Made by a program: the position numbers and the translations under genes
Assembly: GCA_041660185.1 (NCBI GenBank)
Contig: JBAZWU010000001.1
Location: 338,313 to 402,312 of the forward strand
Length of the DNA stretch: 64,000 nt
Source: Elusimicrobiota bacterium
GTDB lineage: Bacteria > Elusimicrobiota > Elusimicrobia > 2-01-FULL-59-12
Direction: 5' to 3'
Part shown: positions 8,125 through 17,524 of the stretch, piece by piece
Layout of the letters: every line of letters begins with the position of its first letter
Numbering within the stretch: position 1 is the stretch's first letter
Notes under the pieces: generated by a model
Told to the model about the DNA's origin: nothing
Database searches by the model: none
Seen by the model: only the letters and a program-made list of their open reading frames with translations

Positions 8125-10809
8125 TCACTCCCGGGCTCGCCGCCAGGCTTTGATCCCCTCCATGACCACCAGAGGCATCAGGGACAGCCCCACGGCAAGC
8201 CCCAACTCGGACAGATTGGGAGCCATCGTCTTGAATACCTTTTGCGCGGGTAGCCAGACCATAATTCCGATTTGGAGAGCAAAGGAGATCACGGTGGCTC
8301 CCGCCAGCCAATGATTTGAAAAAGGACCGATTTGAAAGATGGAGAGGCGTTCGCTACGACTGTTGAAAGCATGCACCAGCTGCGCGATGGCCAGTACCAA
8401 GAAAGCCATCGAACGCGCCCGCTCCACCCCGGCTTGCTCCACCCAATAGACGTAACCGAAAGCCGCCAGCGAGCAGGCCGCAATCAAGGCACCCGCCCCC
8501 AGCATGTCCATGATGAACACCCGGTTGATGATCTCTTCGTTGCGGTTACGCACCGGGCGGCGCATGAGATCCTTGGGAGGAGGATCGACTCCAAGGGCCA
8601 AGGCCGGCAGTCCATCGGTGACCAGGTTCAGCCACAAAATCTGAACCGGCAGAAGAGGGAGCGGCCAGCCGATCAAAGAGGCCACGAACATCACCAGGAC
8701 TTCTCCCGTATTGCACGACAATAAGTAATACACGAACTTGCGGATGTTCTCGTAAATCCCCCGGCCTTCCTCAACGGCTGCCTCAATCGACGCAAAATTG
8801 TCGTCGAGCACCACCATGTCCGCGACTTCCTTCGTGACGTCGGTCCCCGTGATTCCCATGGCGACCCCGATATCGGCCTCTTTAAGCGCCGGCGCGTCGT
8901 TGACGCCGTCTCCGGTCATCGCCACCACCATCCCTCGGGAATGCCAGGCCCGGACGATACGCAGTTTGTGCTCGGCCGACACGCGCGCGTAAACGCCGAC
9001 CTGATCGACGCGATGGGCCAGGTTTTCTTCGGATAATTGGTCGAGTTCAATCCCGGTCAGCGACTCCTGGCCCGGCCCCATCAATCCTAACTCGGAGGCG
9101 ACCGCCTGAGCCGTTCCCGGGTGGTCTCCGGTGATCATGACGATGCGGATGCCAGCCTCCCGGCAGTGCCGTATGGATTCGGCCGCTTCCGGACGAGGAG
9201 GATCCTGCATCGCTGCCAGTCCCGTGAACACCAAATCCTGCTCCAAGGTTCCGTGGTCAGCCGTGGCGGGCTTTTGATCAAAATCCCGGTAGGCCATCGC
9301 CAACACCCGGAGCCCTTGTGTCGCCAGGGTCTCATTTATTTTTGCGACATCCTGGCGCTCCACATCGCCGAGAGCCTCCACCCGGCCACCCCGGTGCAAA
9401 TACCGGCAGTGGTTCAGGATGACGTCCGGTGCCCCTTTCATATAGGCTCTCCATCCGGAGCCTCTCCGGCAAAGCACCGTCATACGCTTGCGCTCGGAAT
9501 CAAAGGGAACCTCGGCTTCGCGAGGTTCTTCCTTGTCCAGTTGCTCTTGCAAAAGCCCGATCTTGGCCGCCGCCGTGAGGAGTGCCCCTTCGGTCGGGTC
9601 GCCCACCACCGTCCAACGGCCTTCTTTCTGGTGAAGCCCGGAACCGTTGCACAAGACTCCCCCGCGCAGAGTCAAGGTCAAATCCTCCGGTAAACCGGCC
9701 TGGGCGCCCGTCTGTCCTTTCGTCCGGATTTCTCCTTCCGGCGCATACCCGGCTCCCATCACTTCATAAAAGACCCCGCCGGCCCAGACCTGACGAACGG
9801 TCATTTCATTTTGCGTGAGGGTTCCGGTTTTATCCGAACAAATGACATTCGTGCAGCCCAACGTTTCCACGGCGGGCAGCTTCCGGATGAGGGCGTGTCG
9901 TTTGACCATGCGCTGCACACCCACGGCCAGCGCCATGGTCACGACCGCCGGCAAACCTTCCGGTATCGCGGCAACCGCCAGACTCACCGCGGTCAAGAAC
10001 ATTTCCACAATGGGGACACCACGGATCAGGCCAAGTCCGAAAACCACTCCTACAATCAAGAGGCATAGGTAGACCAGCCAACGGCCGAGGGCCTCGAGAC
10101 GTTTCTGAAGGGGGGTGGCCTCTTCGCCGCTGGAGGCGAGAAGCCCGGCAATCTTCCCCAGCTCGGTCGCCATCCCGGTTTCGGACACGACCATCCGTGC
10201 TTTCCCAGAGACGGCGGCTGTGCCGAGAAACACCATCGTGGCCCGGTCACCCAGCGGCGTGTCTTCCGGCAAAGGACGGTCTGTTTCCTTGGAAACGGGT
10301 GTCGATTCCCCGGTGAGCGAGGCTTCCTGCGTTCGAAAAGAGGTCGCCCAAACCACCCGCCCATCCGCCGGGATATGGTCGCCAGCCTCCAGTTCCACCA
10401 AATCCCCGGGAACTAGTTGCGAGGAAGGAATGGCTTGCTTCTGCCCGTCGCGGATGACTCGAGCCGTTGGGGTGGACAGCTTTTTTAATGCCGCCAGAGA
10501 CTTCTCCGCCCGGTATTCCTGGAAAAATCCCAATCCCGCATTCAGCAGGATGATCGCCAGAATCGCCGCCGTATCAACCCACTCCTGAAGCACTCCCGAA
10601 AGGACAGCCGCCCCGATGAGGACCCACACAATAAGACTCTTGAATTGATCAAAAAACAGGGTCAGCGCTGACACGCCCTTCGCTTCCGCCAAAACGTTCG
10701 GCCCGTGAGTCGCCAGTTGTTTATCCACCTGGACGCGAGACAACCCTTTTTCCAGATTCGTCCCGAAGACATCGACAATTTCTTCGATATTGAATGTCCA
10801 AACTTTCAT
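8125..10809 (-). CDS. cation-transporting P-type ATPase (PMCA/SERCA-like Ca2+/Mg2+ type)
   Basis: 894 aa. DKTGTLT phosphorylation site, [15 protein letters not shown] and MVTGD motifs, 10 TM helices. Confidence 0.9.
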   Translation of the reverse strand: MKVWTFNIEEIVDVFGTNLEKGLSRVQVDKQLATHGPNVLAEAKGVSALTLFFDQFKSLIVWVLIGAAVLSGVLQEWVDTAAILAIILLNAGLGFFQEYRAEKSLAALKKLSTPTARVIRDGQKQAIPSSQLVPGDLVELEAGDHIPADGRVVWATSFRTQEASLTGESTPVSKETDRPLPEDTPLGDRATMVFLGTAAVSGKARMVVSETGMATELGKIAGLLASSGEEATPLQKRLEALGRWLVYLCLLIVGVVFGLGLIRGVPIVEMFLTAVSLAVAAIPEGLPAVVTMALAVGVQRMVKRHALIRKLPAVETLGCTNVICSDKTGTLTQNEMTVRQVWAGGVFYEVMGAGYAPEGEIRTKGQTGAQAGLPEDLTLTLRGGVLCNGSGLHQKEGRWTVVGDPTEGALLTAAAKIGLLQEQLDKEEPREAEVPFDSERKRMTVLCRRGSGWRAYMKGAPDVILNHCRYLHRGGRVEALGDVERQDVAKINETLATQGLRVLAMAYRDFDQKPATADHGTLEQDLVFTGLAAMQDPPRPEAAESIRHCREAGIRIVMITGDHPGTAQAVASELGLMGPGQESLTGIELDQLSEENLAHRVDQVGVYARVSAEHKLRIVRAWHSRGMVVAMTGDGVNDAPALKEADIGVAMGITGTDVTKEVADMVVLDDNFASIEAAVEEGRGIYENIRKFVYYLLSCNTGEVLVMFVASLIGWPLPLLPVQILWLNLVTDGLPALALGVDPPPKDLMRRPVRNRNEEIINRVFIMDMLGAGALIAACSLAAFGYVYWVEQAGVERARSMAFLVLAIAQLVHAFNSRSERLSIFQIGPFSNHWLAGATVISFALQIGIMVWLPAQKVFKTMAPNLSELGLAVGLSLMPLVVMEGIKAWRRARE

Positions 10810-11075
10810 GGTACGCCTCCCGGGGAGTGATAGGCAATGAAAAGACCGCTGCCGTAGAGAACTGCCAGAAAAATTGATGTCACTCCGAAACGCCAGAAGC
10901 GATGGACGCTTTGGCTGACGAGAGCCGCGAGAACAATGAACACATCGTTACCCATCGCGAGATCGAAATCCTTCTGGCGGGCGAAGAAAACTGCATTGGT
11001 GATTTAGGGGAGGCTCGTTACGATGCCCAGAAGCGTCGCCCCGGCGAAAGTGGCCCCCAGACGGTAGTGCAACAA
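10806..11075 (-). pseudogene. remnant of CaCA-family (Na+/Ca2+ or H+/Ca2+) exchanger C-terminus with in-frame TAA
   Basis: Minus-strand translation gives ..LHYRLGATFAGATLLGIVTSLP*ITNAVFFARQKDFDLAMGND... This matches the alpha-2 repeat G-x-T-x-LA-x-GTSLPE. The TAA at 11004-11006 replaces the conserved Glu (GAA). The frame ends in a TGA overlapping the ATPase ATG. The upstream part is overwritten by the aquaporin gene. Confidence 0.45.
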
Positions 11076-11079
11076 GTGG

Positions 11080-11754
11080 TTAGACCGTTTTAGAAAGAAA
11101 ACGGGTGTAGAGCCAGCCGGCGGCGGCGCCGCCGATCAGAGGACCGACCCAATAAAGCCAGTGGTATTCCCAGAAGCCGGCCGCCAAAGCTGGTCCAAAG
11201 ACGCGGGCTGGATTCATCGCAGCACCGGTGAGAGGACCTCCCACCAGAATATCCGCCGTCACCGTCAATCCAATGCCAAACCCGCCGATTTTGGGCGCCA
11301 TGGAATCGATGGCCGTACCGAAAACCGCCAGGACGAGGAAGAAGGTCAGAACCGCTTCCAGAACGACTCCCGTCCAGGGACTGACTCCGGCCGCCAGGGC
11401 CGGTGTTCCCAGATGGACCGGCATCCAGACGTCCGATGAGAAAACAGCTCGTAAGAGAAAACCGGCCAGTGATCCGCCGATCAACTGGGCAATAACATAG
11501 AGAACCAGGGTGCTGAGTTTGATCTTTTTCCCGACCCACGCGCCCAGACTGATGGCCGGGTTGAAGTGCCCGCCGGAGATCGGGCCAAAAGCCGAGACCA
11601 TGACGGACAAAATCAAACCGTGGGCCAGAGCGATTCCGATCAAACCCACGCCGCCGTGCGTGTAACTGTCGGTAATGATTGAACCGGCTCCAATAAAAAA
11701 GAAAGCAAATGTGCCGATCAGTTCAACAAGTGCTGGACGTAATTTCTCTGTCAT
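11080..11754 (-). CDS. MIP-family aquaporin/glycerol facilitator
   Basis: 224 aa with two NPA boxes (GGHFNPAISLG, GAAMNPARVFG) and 6 TM helices. Confidence 0.9.
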   Translation of the reverse strand: MTEKLRPALVELIGTFAFFFIGAGSIITDSYTHGGVGLIGIALAHGLILSVMVSAFGPISGGHFNPAISLGAWVGKKIKLSTLVLYVIAQLIGGSLAGFLLRAVFSSDVWMPVHLGTPALAAGVSPWTGVVLEAVLTFFLVLAVFGTAIDSMAPKIGGFGIGLTVTADILVGGPLTGAAMNPARVFGPALAAGFWEYHWLYWVGPLIGGAAAGWLYTRFLSKTV

Positions 11755-11756
11755 GG

Positions 11757-11945
11757 TTAGATCCCCCGTTTGTTCAAGTCATGTCGGGTGGAGGATGAGC
11801 CGGGGATCTGACGAAGATTTTGCTCCGGTCTCATCTCTACAGGGATGGAAGCCGCTGGTCCGGTCGTTGGTATCGGAGTAGATTCACAGCCGCTTAATAG
11901 AACAGCCGCCAAGATTAGAAAAGTAATACAGCTTAAAAATCGCAC
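11757..11945 (-). CDS. small putative lipoprotein (62 aa, GTG start)
   Basis: A TATAAT-like box sits just upstream of a GTG. The product is (M)RFLSCITFLILAAVLLSGCEST.. with a lipobox LSGC. Short and unsupported by homology. Confidence 0.3.
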   Translation of the reverse strand: MRFLSCITFLILAAVLLSGCESTPIPTTGPAASIPVEMRPEQNLRQIPGSSSTRHDLNKRGI

Positions 11946-11962
11946 GAAATTATTATAGCAGG

Positions 11963-14257
11963 TTAAGCGGCTTTTGATGGTTGGGCCGCGTCTGAAGCCG
12001 CAACAGGAAGGGTAAACGAGATCGCTGTGCCGAGTCCAAGGCCTGGCGATTGCGCCCATATTTTTCCGCGGTGAGACAGAACGATTTCTTTGCAGATGGC
12101 CAGACCCAGCCCCAACCCCTGGGCGCCTTTAGATCCGCCAGGGCTCACCTGGAAAAATTTGTCGAACACGACATCCTGCGTTTCATGGGACAAGCCGACG
12201 CCGGTATCCTCCACGTCAATGGTGACGGATTCAGGACCGCCCAGGGCTCGTACGACGACTCGGCCTTCCTCCGGAGTGAATTTGAGCGCATTGTGAATCA
12301 GGTTCCATATCACCTGCCGGATGCGATCACCGTCGACGGAAACGGCCAGCAGCGCTTCACGGCCTTGCACCACCAGGTTCAGTGCGATGCGCCGTTCGCG
12401 CGCTTCCGGCTGTGACTTTTCGACCTCCTCTTTCAGCAGCGTGGCCAGGTCTGTCGGAGCCGGGTGAATGGACAGTTGACCTTTTTCCATCCGGGCCAGA
12501 TCGAGGAGATCATCGACCATGCGTTCCTGCAGTTCCACCTGGCGTTCCATGTGTTCGATCAGTTCGATCTGTCGGGGTGTTAACGGTCCAGTGGTTTCGG
12601 CCCGCAACACTTCGCAAAAGCCCCGGACGCCTGTTAAAGGACCCCGGAGGTCATGGCTGACGAGTGAGAGAAACTGGGACTTCATCTGATTTAAGTCGCT
12701 GAGTTGATCGATATTGGCGCGGCTTTTGTGGTGGAGTTGGGCATTCTCAATCGCCAGCGCGGCCTGACGTCCGAAAGCGGTCAGAAAATTGATTTCCCGT
12801 TCAAGAAAAATACGCGGAGACTGAGTCGTGACCGCGTTGATCACACCGAGGGGCTGACCGTCGATCGTAAAAACAGGAACACACAGAAGCGAACAGATCG
12901 GCTGGGCGCTGGCCCGATAGTGCGGATCCCCCATGGCATACTCGGCCCAATAAGGCTGCCGGGTTTGGAGCGCCCACCCGGCCATGCCTTCCCCCATGTG
13001 CAGGCTGATCGGGCTTCGAACCTGAAAATCTCCCCCCCGGACCCATTGCGATTGCAGGGCTTTTTTATTCGGATCCCAGAGCATAAGCGTGGCTCGGTCC
13101 ACTTTTAAAATGGCGATCACGCCGTCTAAAATGCGGAGCGTTGTTTCGTCGATACTTTGAGTCGATCCCATAAAGGTGGCCAGGGAGGTGGTACCGACTT
13201 CGAAGGAGAAGTTCAGCTCCGCAATCTTTTCCTGGAGTTTCACAAAAAGAGCCCGGCGGTGAATGGTCAAAGCGATCGACTGCATCAGCATGTCGAACAG
13301 ATGCAAGTCTTCCGCGTTCCAGGGAGCCGTGTCGTAACTGCCTAAAAAGGCAACGCCGTAGCAATCGGGGTCGTTCAGTATCGGCAGGCACAAATGCTTG
13401 GCGTAGTTGAATTGTTCGCTGAACCAGGGGTTCCCCTCGGCCTGGCGGTACCGGAACGGCTGGCGCAGCGCAAAAACGGGGCACGCCAGAATCGGCAGGT
13501 GATGAAGCGATCCCGGACGCAGGGCCGGGTGTTCTCCAAATCCCTGCAACGTCTTCCAGGCTGGGTTCAGTATCCAAAGTCTGGGGTAAACGCGCAGCGG
13601 TCGCAAGACCTCGTTCAGCTGTTCGAGTATCCGTTGCTGTAAATCCTCCGAGGACAGACTGGGCGGCAGAGCGTTCAGAGCATCCAAAAAGACAACCGTG
13701 GTCCGCAGGGCGTTGACCCCCCGATGAATAGCGAGGTTCTTACGCTGAAATTGTCTGGCGGTCACGAAGGACGTGATGACAATCAGTCCGAGGAAAAACA
13801 ATTGCCAGATTCCCATCCACTCGAGATGAGCCGGTCCCTGCCAGGCGTATCGCCACAAAAGCCCGCCGTAACATCCGAGGCCGAGAATACCGTCAAAGAT
13901 GATCATCGCGGCATCAAAATGCAGTGCGTGAATGATAAACGGAATCGGATAGAGATAAAAAAACGGGCTCGTGGGCCCTCCGGTCAAATGGACGGCGATC
14001 GTAATCGCCGCAAAGTCCAACGCGCCCAGCGCGTAATAGGTCGGGCGAAGCATTGACGGCGGAGGCCGTCGGATCCAGAAGAGCAGATGCGGAAGGCTGT
14101 ACAGGAGGGTCAGCGTGAGGATGGCGGTAAACCCGGAGAGAAGATGGAGGGCTCTCAGGATCGCGGCAACAGCAAAAACGGCGCAGCAAAGGCAGAGGCG
14201 AAAACGGTTATCGACGAAGATGTGTTCAGTCAGGCCGGCGTCATCGGGAGCCGTCAT
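11963..14257 (-). CDS. membrane sensor histidine kinase (multi-TM + GAF + HisKA + HATPase)
   Basis: 764 aa. N-terminal hydrophobic helices, H-box SHDLRGPLTGVRGF and G-boxes DTGVGLS..GLGLGLAICK. Confidence 0.85.
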   Translation of the reverse strand: MTAPDDAGLTEHIFVDNRFRLCLCCAVFAVAAILRALHLLSGFTAILTLTLLYSLPHLLFWIRRPPPSMLRPTYYALGALDFAAITIAVHLTGGPTSPFFYLYPIPFIIHALHFDAAMIIFDGILGLGCYGGLLWRYAWQGPAHLEWMGIWQLFFLGLIVITSFVTARQFQRKNLAIHRGVNALRTTVVFLDALNALPPSLSSEDLQQRILEQLNEVLRPLRVYPRLWILNPAWKTLQGFGEHPALRPGSLHHLPILACPVFALRQPFRYRQAEGNPWFSEQFNYAKHLCLPILNDPDCYGVAFLGSYDTAPWNAEDLHLFDMLMQSIALTIHRRALFVKLQEKIAELNFSFEVGTTSLATFMGSTQSIDETTLRILDGVIAILKVDRATLMLWDPNKKALQSQWVRGGDFQVRSPISLHMGEGMAGWALQTRQPYWAEYAMGDPHYRASAQPICSLLCVPVFTIDGQPLGVINAVTTQSPRIFLEREINFLTAFGRQAALAIENAQLHHKSRANIDQLSDLNQMKSQFLSLVSHDLRGPLTGVRGFCEVLRAETTGPLTPRQIELIEHMERQVELQERMVDDLLDLARMEKGQLSIHPAPTDLATLLKEEVEKSQPEARERRIALNLVVQGREALLAVSVDGDRIRQVIWNLIHNALKFTPEEGRVVVRALGGPESVTIDVEDTGVGLSHETQDVVFDKFFQVSPGGSKGAQGLGLGLAICKEIVLSHRGKIWAQSPGLGLGTAISFTLPVAASDAAQPSKAA

Positions 14258-14715
14258 GCGGCTAGCAGGCGTTCCACTTCCCGGTAAAGATCACGTGCGT
14301 AGAAAGGTTTCGTCAGATAGCCCGAGGCTCCGACTTCCTTACCGGTCATCAGATCTTCTTTTTCTTTGCATCCCGTCAAGAAGAGGACGGGCAAGTTTTG
14401 TCCCTGGGTGTTTGTCTTAATGATGCGGCAGAGCTCAAATCCGTTGACCCATGGAAGCATGACGTCCAAAATCACCAGATTCGGCCGGTGTTTCTGCAGA
14501 AGGACGGGAAGCTGCACGCCGGTGGATGCGGAAATGACGGAGTAGCGGGTGTTCAAGAGTTCCAGAATAATCCGGCGAACCACCGGGTCATCATCCACCA
14601 CCAGGATGCGCAAGCGGTTCGCCTGGTCGGGCTGCGACTCTTTGAGATTGCTCACGACGGTTTGCTCGATGTGCGACGTTTCCGGAGCTTGCCCCATGGG
14701 TCCCCCTCTGGACAC
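14254..14715 (-). CDS. single-domain response regulator (CheY-like receiver)
   Basis: LRILVVDDDPVVRRII..LVILDVMLPWVNGFEL..TGCKEKED receiver motifs. Stop overlaps the kinase start (ATGA). Confidence 0.85.
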   Translation of the reverse strand: MSRGGPMGQAPETSHIEQTVVSNLKESQPDQANRLRILVVDDDPVVRRIILELLNTRYSVISASTGVQLPVLLQKHRPNLVILDVMLPWVNGFELCRIIKTNTQGQNLPVLFLTGCKEKEDLMTGKEVGASGYLTKPFYARDLYREVERLLAA

Positions 14716-14755
14716 GAAAAGCTGTACAACTGTGTACCCCCCTTTCAGAGGGTTG

Positions 14756-15988
14756 TCAATGCTTTTTTGGATGTTTTACCGTCGATGAGGCCGGCGAAGG
14801 AGCGGGTGCTTCCGAGGGTTCCCTGGAAGGGCTGACGGGGGTCCGGAAGGCGGAGGTGGTATAGACACAGCGGGCATTCCAGAGCGTCCAGTTGGAGACG
14901 CCCAGATCCGTTGTGGCTTGAATTTGCGCACGGACCTCCTTGGGGCCGTAATGGATGCCGCGCCCTTTCAGGGAGAAATCCTGCAGGTAGGGCCGGAGTT
15001 TGCGGGCATTCTCGGGTCCCAGCACACGAAGCGCGTCCCGCATGGCCAGGTGAATGACCCGGTAAGGCTGGTCATTCGGATTAGGGATGCCATATTCCCC
15101 CCGCGCGTAATGGGAGGGGTAGGTCATGGGGCAGACAAAGTCCACTTGCTCGGCCATCGGAGCCAGGCGTTGTCCGATCCCCATGCCCGTGTTGACGGAT
15201 GTGGTCAGGCCAAATACGTCTATGGAGATTTTAGTTCCCAGGGGGTGAAGCACCTGATGTGCCTGACGCAAAAAGTCGACCAGCGCCTGGGAGGCCGACT
15301 CCGCGTGATAGGGTTTGATAAATCGCATGGTCTTGAGGTTGCCGTCTGTCGGGAAACGGAGATAGTCGAATTGGATCTCATCAAATCCGAGTTTGGCGGC
15401 CTGGAGCGCGATGACCAGGTTGTATCGCCAGGCTTCCCTGTTATAGGGATCAAGCCAGGTGATGTGTTTTCGATCGCGCCAGATCTCTCCGTTCGGGTTG
15501 TGGACGCTGAGGGCCGGATATTTTCGCGGGGCCTTGTTGTCTTTGAAGACAACAATCCGTCCGACCGTATAGATATTCCGATTTTTAAGGTCCGCCAGCC
15601 ACGCCTGCAGATCAGGGATATCCGCTGAATAAGCCCCAACTTTTTCGACCAGTTTGATGCCAGGGACGTAAACAAAACCATCTTCTTCTTTTAAATCAAT
15701 GACCACCGCGTTAATCAGAGTATTGGCGAACATCGGTTCGAGATGATTCTTCCTGTACTTTTTAGAGCCGGCCGCGGAAGCTGTGAGGTGGATGCCCCGG
15801 ACAGGACGGGATTCGGTGAGCGTGGCCGAAGTGGTATTTACCGTTAGAGTTATCGAATCAGGGGTGACGTTCAGTTCCGGTTGGGTTGACGTTGTGGCGC
15901 GGTTTTCAATAGCTGTAAGACTTCCCGGGAAACAAAGAAAGGTGAAAAAAATGACGGAAAAGAAATAACGGTTTTTCACTAACGACAA
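14756..15988 (-). CDS. secreted putative glycoside hydrolase (GHL/DUF4015-like TIM barrel)
   Basis: 410 aa with a signal peptide. FDEIQFDYLRFP and VDFVCPMTYPSHY motifs resemble GH-like hypothetical hydrolase families. The family assignment is from memory. Confidence 0.55.
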   Translation of the reverse strand: MSLVKNRYFFSVIFFTFLCFPGSLTAIENRATTSTQPELNVTPDSITLTVNTTSATLTESRPVRGIHLTASAAGSKKYRKNHLEPMFANTLINAVVIDLKEEDGFVYVPGIKLVEKVGAYSADIPDLQAWLADLKNRNIYTVGRIVVFKDNKAPRKYPALSVHNPNGEIWRDRKHITWLDPYNREAWRYNLVIALQAAKLGFDEIQFDYLRFPTDGNLKTMRFIKPYHAESASQALVDFLRQAHQVLHPLGTKISIDVFGLTTSVNTGMGIGQRLAPMAEQVDFVCPMTYPSHYARGEYGIPNPNDQPYRVIHLAMRDALRVLGPENARKLRPYLQDFSLKGRGIHYGPKEVRAQIQATTDLGVSNWTLWNARCVYTTSAFRTPVSPSREPSEAPAPSPASSTVKHPKKH

Positions 15989-16010
15989 CCTACTCCATTT
16001 ATGAGCACAG

Positions 16011-16081
16011 AGCGGGTGAAGGGAATCGAACCCTCATCTCATCCTTGGCAAGGATGCATTCTACCACTGAACCACACCCGC
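16011..16081 (-). tRNA. tRNA-Gly (anticodon GCC)
   Basis: Reverse complement GCGGGTGTGGTTCAGTGGTAGAATGCATCCTTGCCAAGGATG..GAGGGTTCGATTCCCTTCACCCGCT forms a cloverleaf. CCA is not encoded. Confidence 0.85.
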
Positions 16082-16172
16082 TCTGTGCCCACCAGAATGA
16101 ATAGCGCATCAAAAGAACTGCTCGGGGCGCCCCACCTGCCCATGGTCCTTTCGGGACAGCCCCCCAAAAAAC

Positions 16173-16254
16173 TGCTCGGGGCGGGACTCGAACCCGCAAG
16201 CCTTGCGGCATACGCCCCTCAAACGTACGCGTCTGCCAGTTCCGCCACCCGAGC
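16173..16254 (-). tRNA. tRNA-Leu (anticodon GAG), type II with long variable arm
   Basis: Reverse complement GCTCGGGTGGCGGAACTGGCAGACGCGTACGTTTGAGGGGCGTATGCCGCAAGGCTTGCGGGTTCGAGTCCCGCCCCGAGCA. The D-arm is near-identical to E. coli tRNA-Leu. Confidence 0.85.
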
Positions 16255-16278
16255 GAAAATCACATGTCCCTCACGACA

Positions 16279-16427
16279 GACGCCCCTCAAACGTACGCGT
16301 CTGCACCGTCCCCTATATCGCGGTCCCTTCGGGACCGCTTAAATCGACGGTGCTGCCCCGTCGATTTAGCACGCGCTTGGCGCGTGCTTCTCAGAGGACG
16401 GGGCTGCCAGTTCCGCCACCCGAGCGA
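16279..16427 (-). pseudogene. truncated duplicate of tRNA-Leu 5' half carrying a ~100-nt hairpin-rich insertion
   Basis: GCTCGGGTGGCGGAACTGGCAG and CAGACGCGTACGTTTGAGGGGCGT match the intact tRNA-Leu. They are interrupted by a 99-nt insert (16305-16403) with three perfect GC hairpins. There is no T-arm or 3' acceptor. Confidence 0.6.
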
Positions 16428-16436
16428 AATTTAAAT

Positions 16437-16512
16437 TGGAGGTGCGGGCGGGAATTGAACCCGCACATAGCAGTTTTGCAGACTGCCGCCTTAGCCATTT
16501 GGCTACCGCACC
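16437..16512 (-). tRNA. tRNA-Cys (anticodon GCA)
   Basis: Reverse complement GGTGCGGTAGCCAAATGGCTAAGGCGGCAGTCTGCAAAACTGCTATGTGCGGGTTCAATTCCCGCCCGCACCTCCA. CCA is encoded. Confidence 0.85.
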
Positions 16513-16563
16513 AAAATCAGCTTGATTATAATAGCCTAATCGGTGTCCGCCCCGCAATCGGGA

Positions 16564-16866
16564 CTAAGGCCGTGCAGGGTTGCTCGGCGCTTCCGGTACG
16601 CTGGGAACCCTCTCCATCAAGGATCGTCGGGTGCTATGGGATGACATGATGGTGAGAAAAATAGACGTTAAAACAAAAATAATGGCGATGGTCGTTGTGG
16701 CTTTCCGTATAAAGGCTGAACCCGACGGTGCCGAAAACAACTGGTCTCCGCCGCCCCCCCCTCCAAAAAGATTGCCTAAGCCGGCACCCTTCCCAGCCTG
16801 GAAGAGCACAACCAGAATCAGTCCAATACACACAATCACGTGGATAAAGACGACGATGCCGTACAT
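16564..16866 (-). CDS. secG: preprotein translocase subunit SecG
   Basis: 100 aa, two TM helices and a glycine-rich LFQAGKGAGLGNLFGGGGGG loop typical of SecG. Conserved position after glycolytic genes and before tRNA-Leu. Confidence 0.8.
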   Translation of the reverse strand: MYGIVVFIHVIVCIGLILVVLFQAGKGAGLGNLFGGGGGGDQLFSAPSGSAFIRKATTTIAIIFVLTSIFLTIMSSHSTRRSLMERVPSVPEAPSNPARP

Positions 16867-16878
16867 GGTGTGCCTCCT

Positions 16879-17520
16879 TTACGCGAGCTGGTTCTTGCTG
16901 AGAATACGCCCGGTGTTGTCGATCTCGTAAATAATGGGGACGCCCGTCGGGATGTTCAGCTCTAAAACCTGTTCTTTGGTTAAGTGATCCAAGTCCATCA
17001 CGATCGAGCGCAAGGAGTTTCCGTGGGCGGCCACCAGGATAGCTTTGCCGGCCTTGACGAGCGGAAGGATCCTGGAGTTGAAATAGGGAAGGGTGCGTGC
17101 CGCGGTATCTTTTAAGCTCTCGCTGATACCGTCCGGATTGAGGGCTGTCCGGTCGGTGGGCGGCGGCACGTCGTAGCTTCGCCGCCAGATATGGACTTGT
17201 TGGTCACCGTACTTGTCGGCCGTTTCCTTCTTATTGAGTCCCTGCAAGGCGCCGTAATGGCGTTCATTGAGCGCCTTGTCTTTTGTGATCGGGGTCGTTT
17301 GTTGCCGGGTTTCTTCGAGGATAATTTTTAAGGTATTCTGGGCCCGCTGCAGATCGGAGGTGAACGCTTCGTCGAATCGAATGCCCTTGAGGGCTTGACC
17401 GGCGCGCTGAGCCTCCTGAATACCCAGTTCACTCAAAGGGACATCGACCCAGCCGGTGAACCGGTTTTCCAAATTCCATTGGGATTGCCCGTGGCGTACG
17501 AGAATAAGTTTTCCAGCCAT
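16879..17520 (-). CDS. gpmA: 2,3-bisphosphoglycerate-dependent phosphoglycerate mutase
   Basis: LILVRHGQSQWNLENRFTGWVDVPLSELG..HGNSLR motifs. Start trimmed to MAGKLILV. Confidence 0.9.
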   Translation of the reverse strand: MAGKLILVRHGQSQWNLENRFTGWVDVPLSELGIQEAQRAGQALKGIRFDEAFTSDLQRAQNTLKIILEETRQQTTPITKDKALNERHYGALQGLNKKETADKYGDQQVHIWRRSYDVPPPTDRTALNPDGISESLKDTAARTLPYFNSRILPLVKAGKAILVAAHGNSLRSIVMDLDHLTKEQVLELNIPTGVPIIYEIDNTGRILSKNQLA

Positions 17521-17524
17521 GGGT

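Noticed and set aside
11757-12059. 100-aa ORF from ATG at 12059 overlapping the sensor kinase 3' end
   Set aside because: The N-terminal 38 aa overlap the kinase gene and have no features. Only the C-terminal lipoprotein-like part, starting at a GTG after a TATAAT box, is retained, at low confidence.
16001-16649. Plus-strand ORFs (16001-16342, 16203-16649) and minus ORF 15999-16211 spanning the tRNA cluster
   Set aside because: The region is fully explained by tRNA-Gly, tRNA-Leu, the tRNA-Leu fragment and tRNA-Cys. These ORFs are artefacts.
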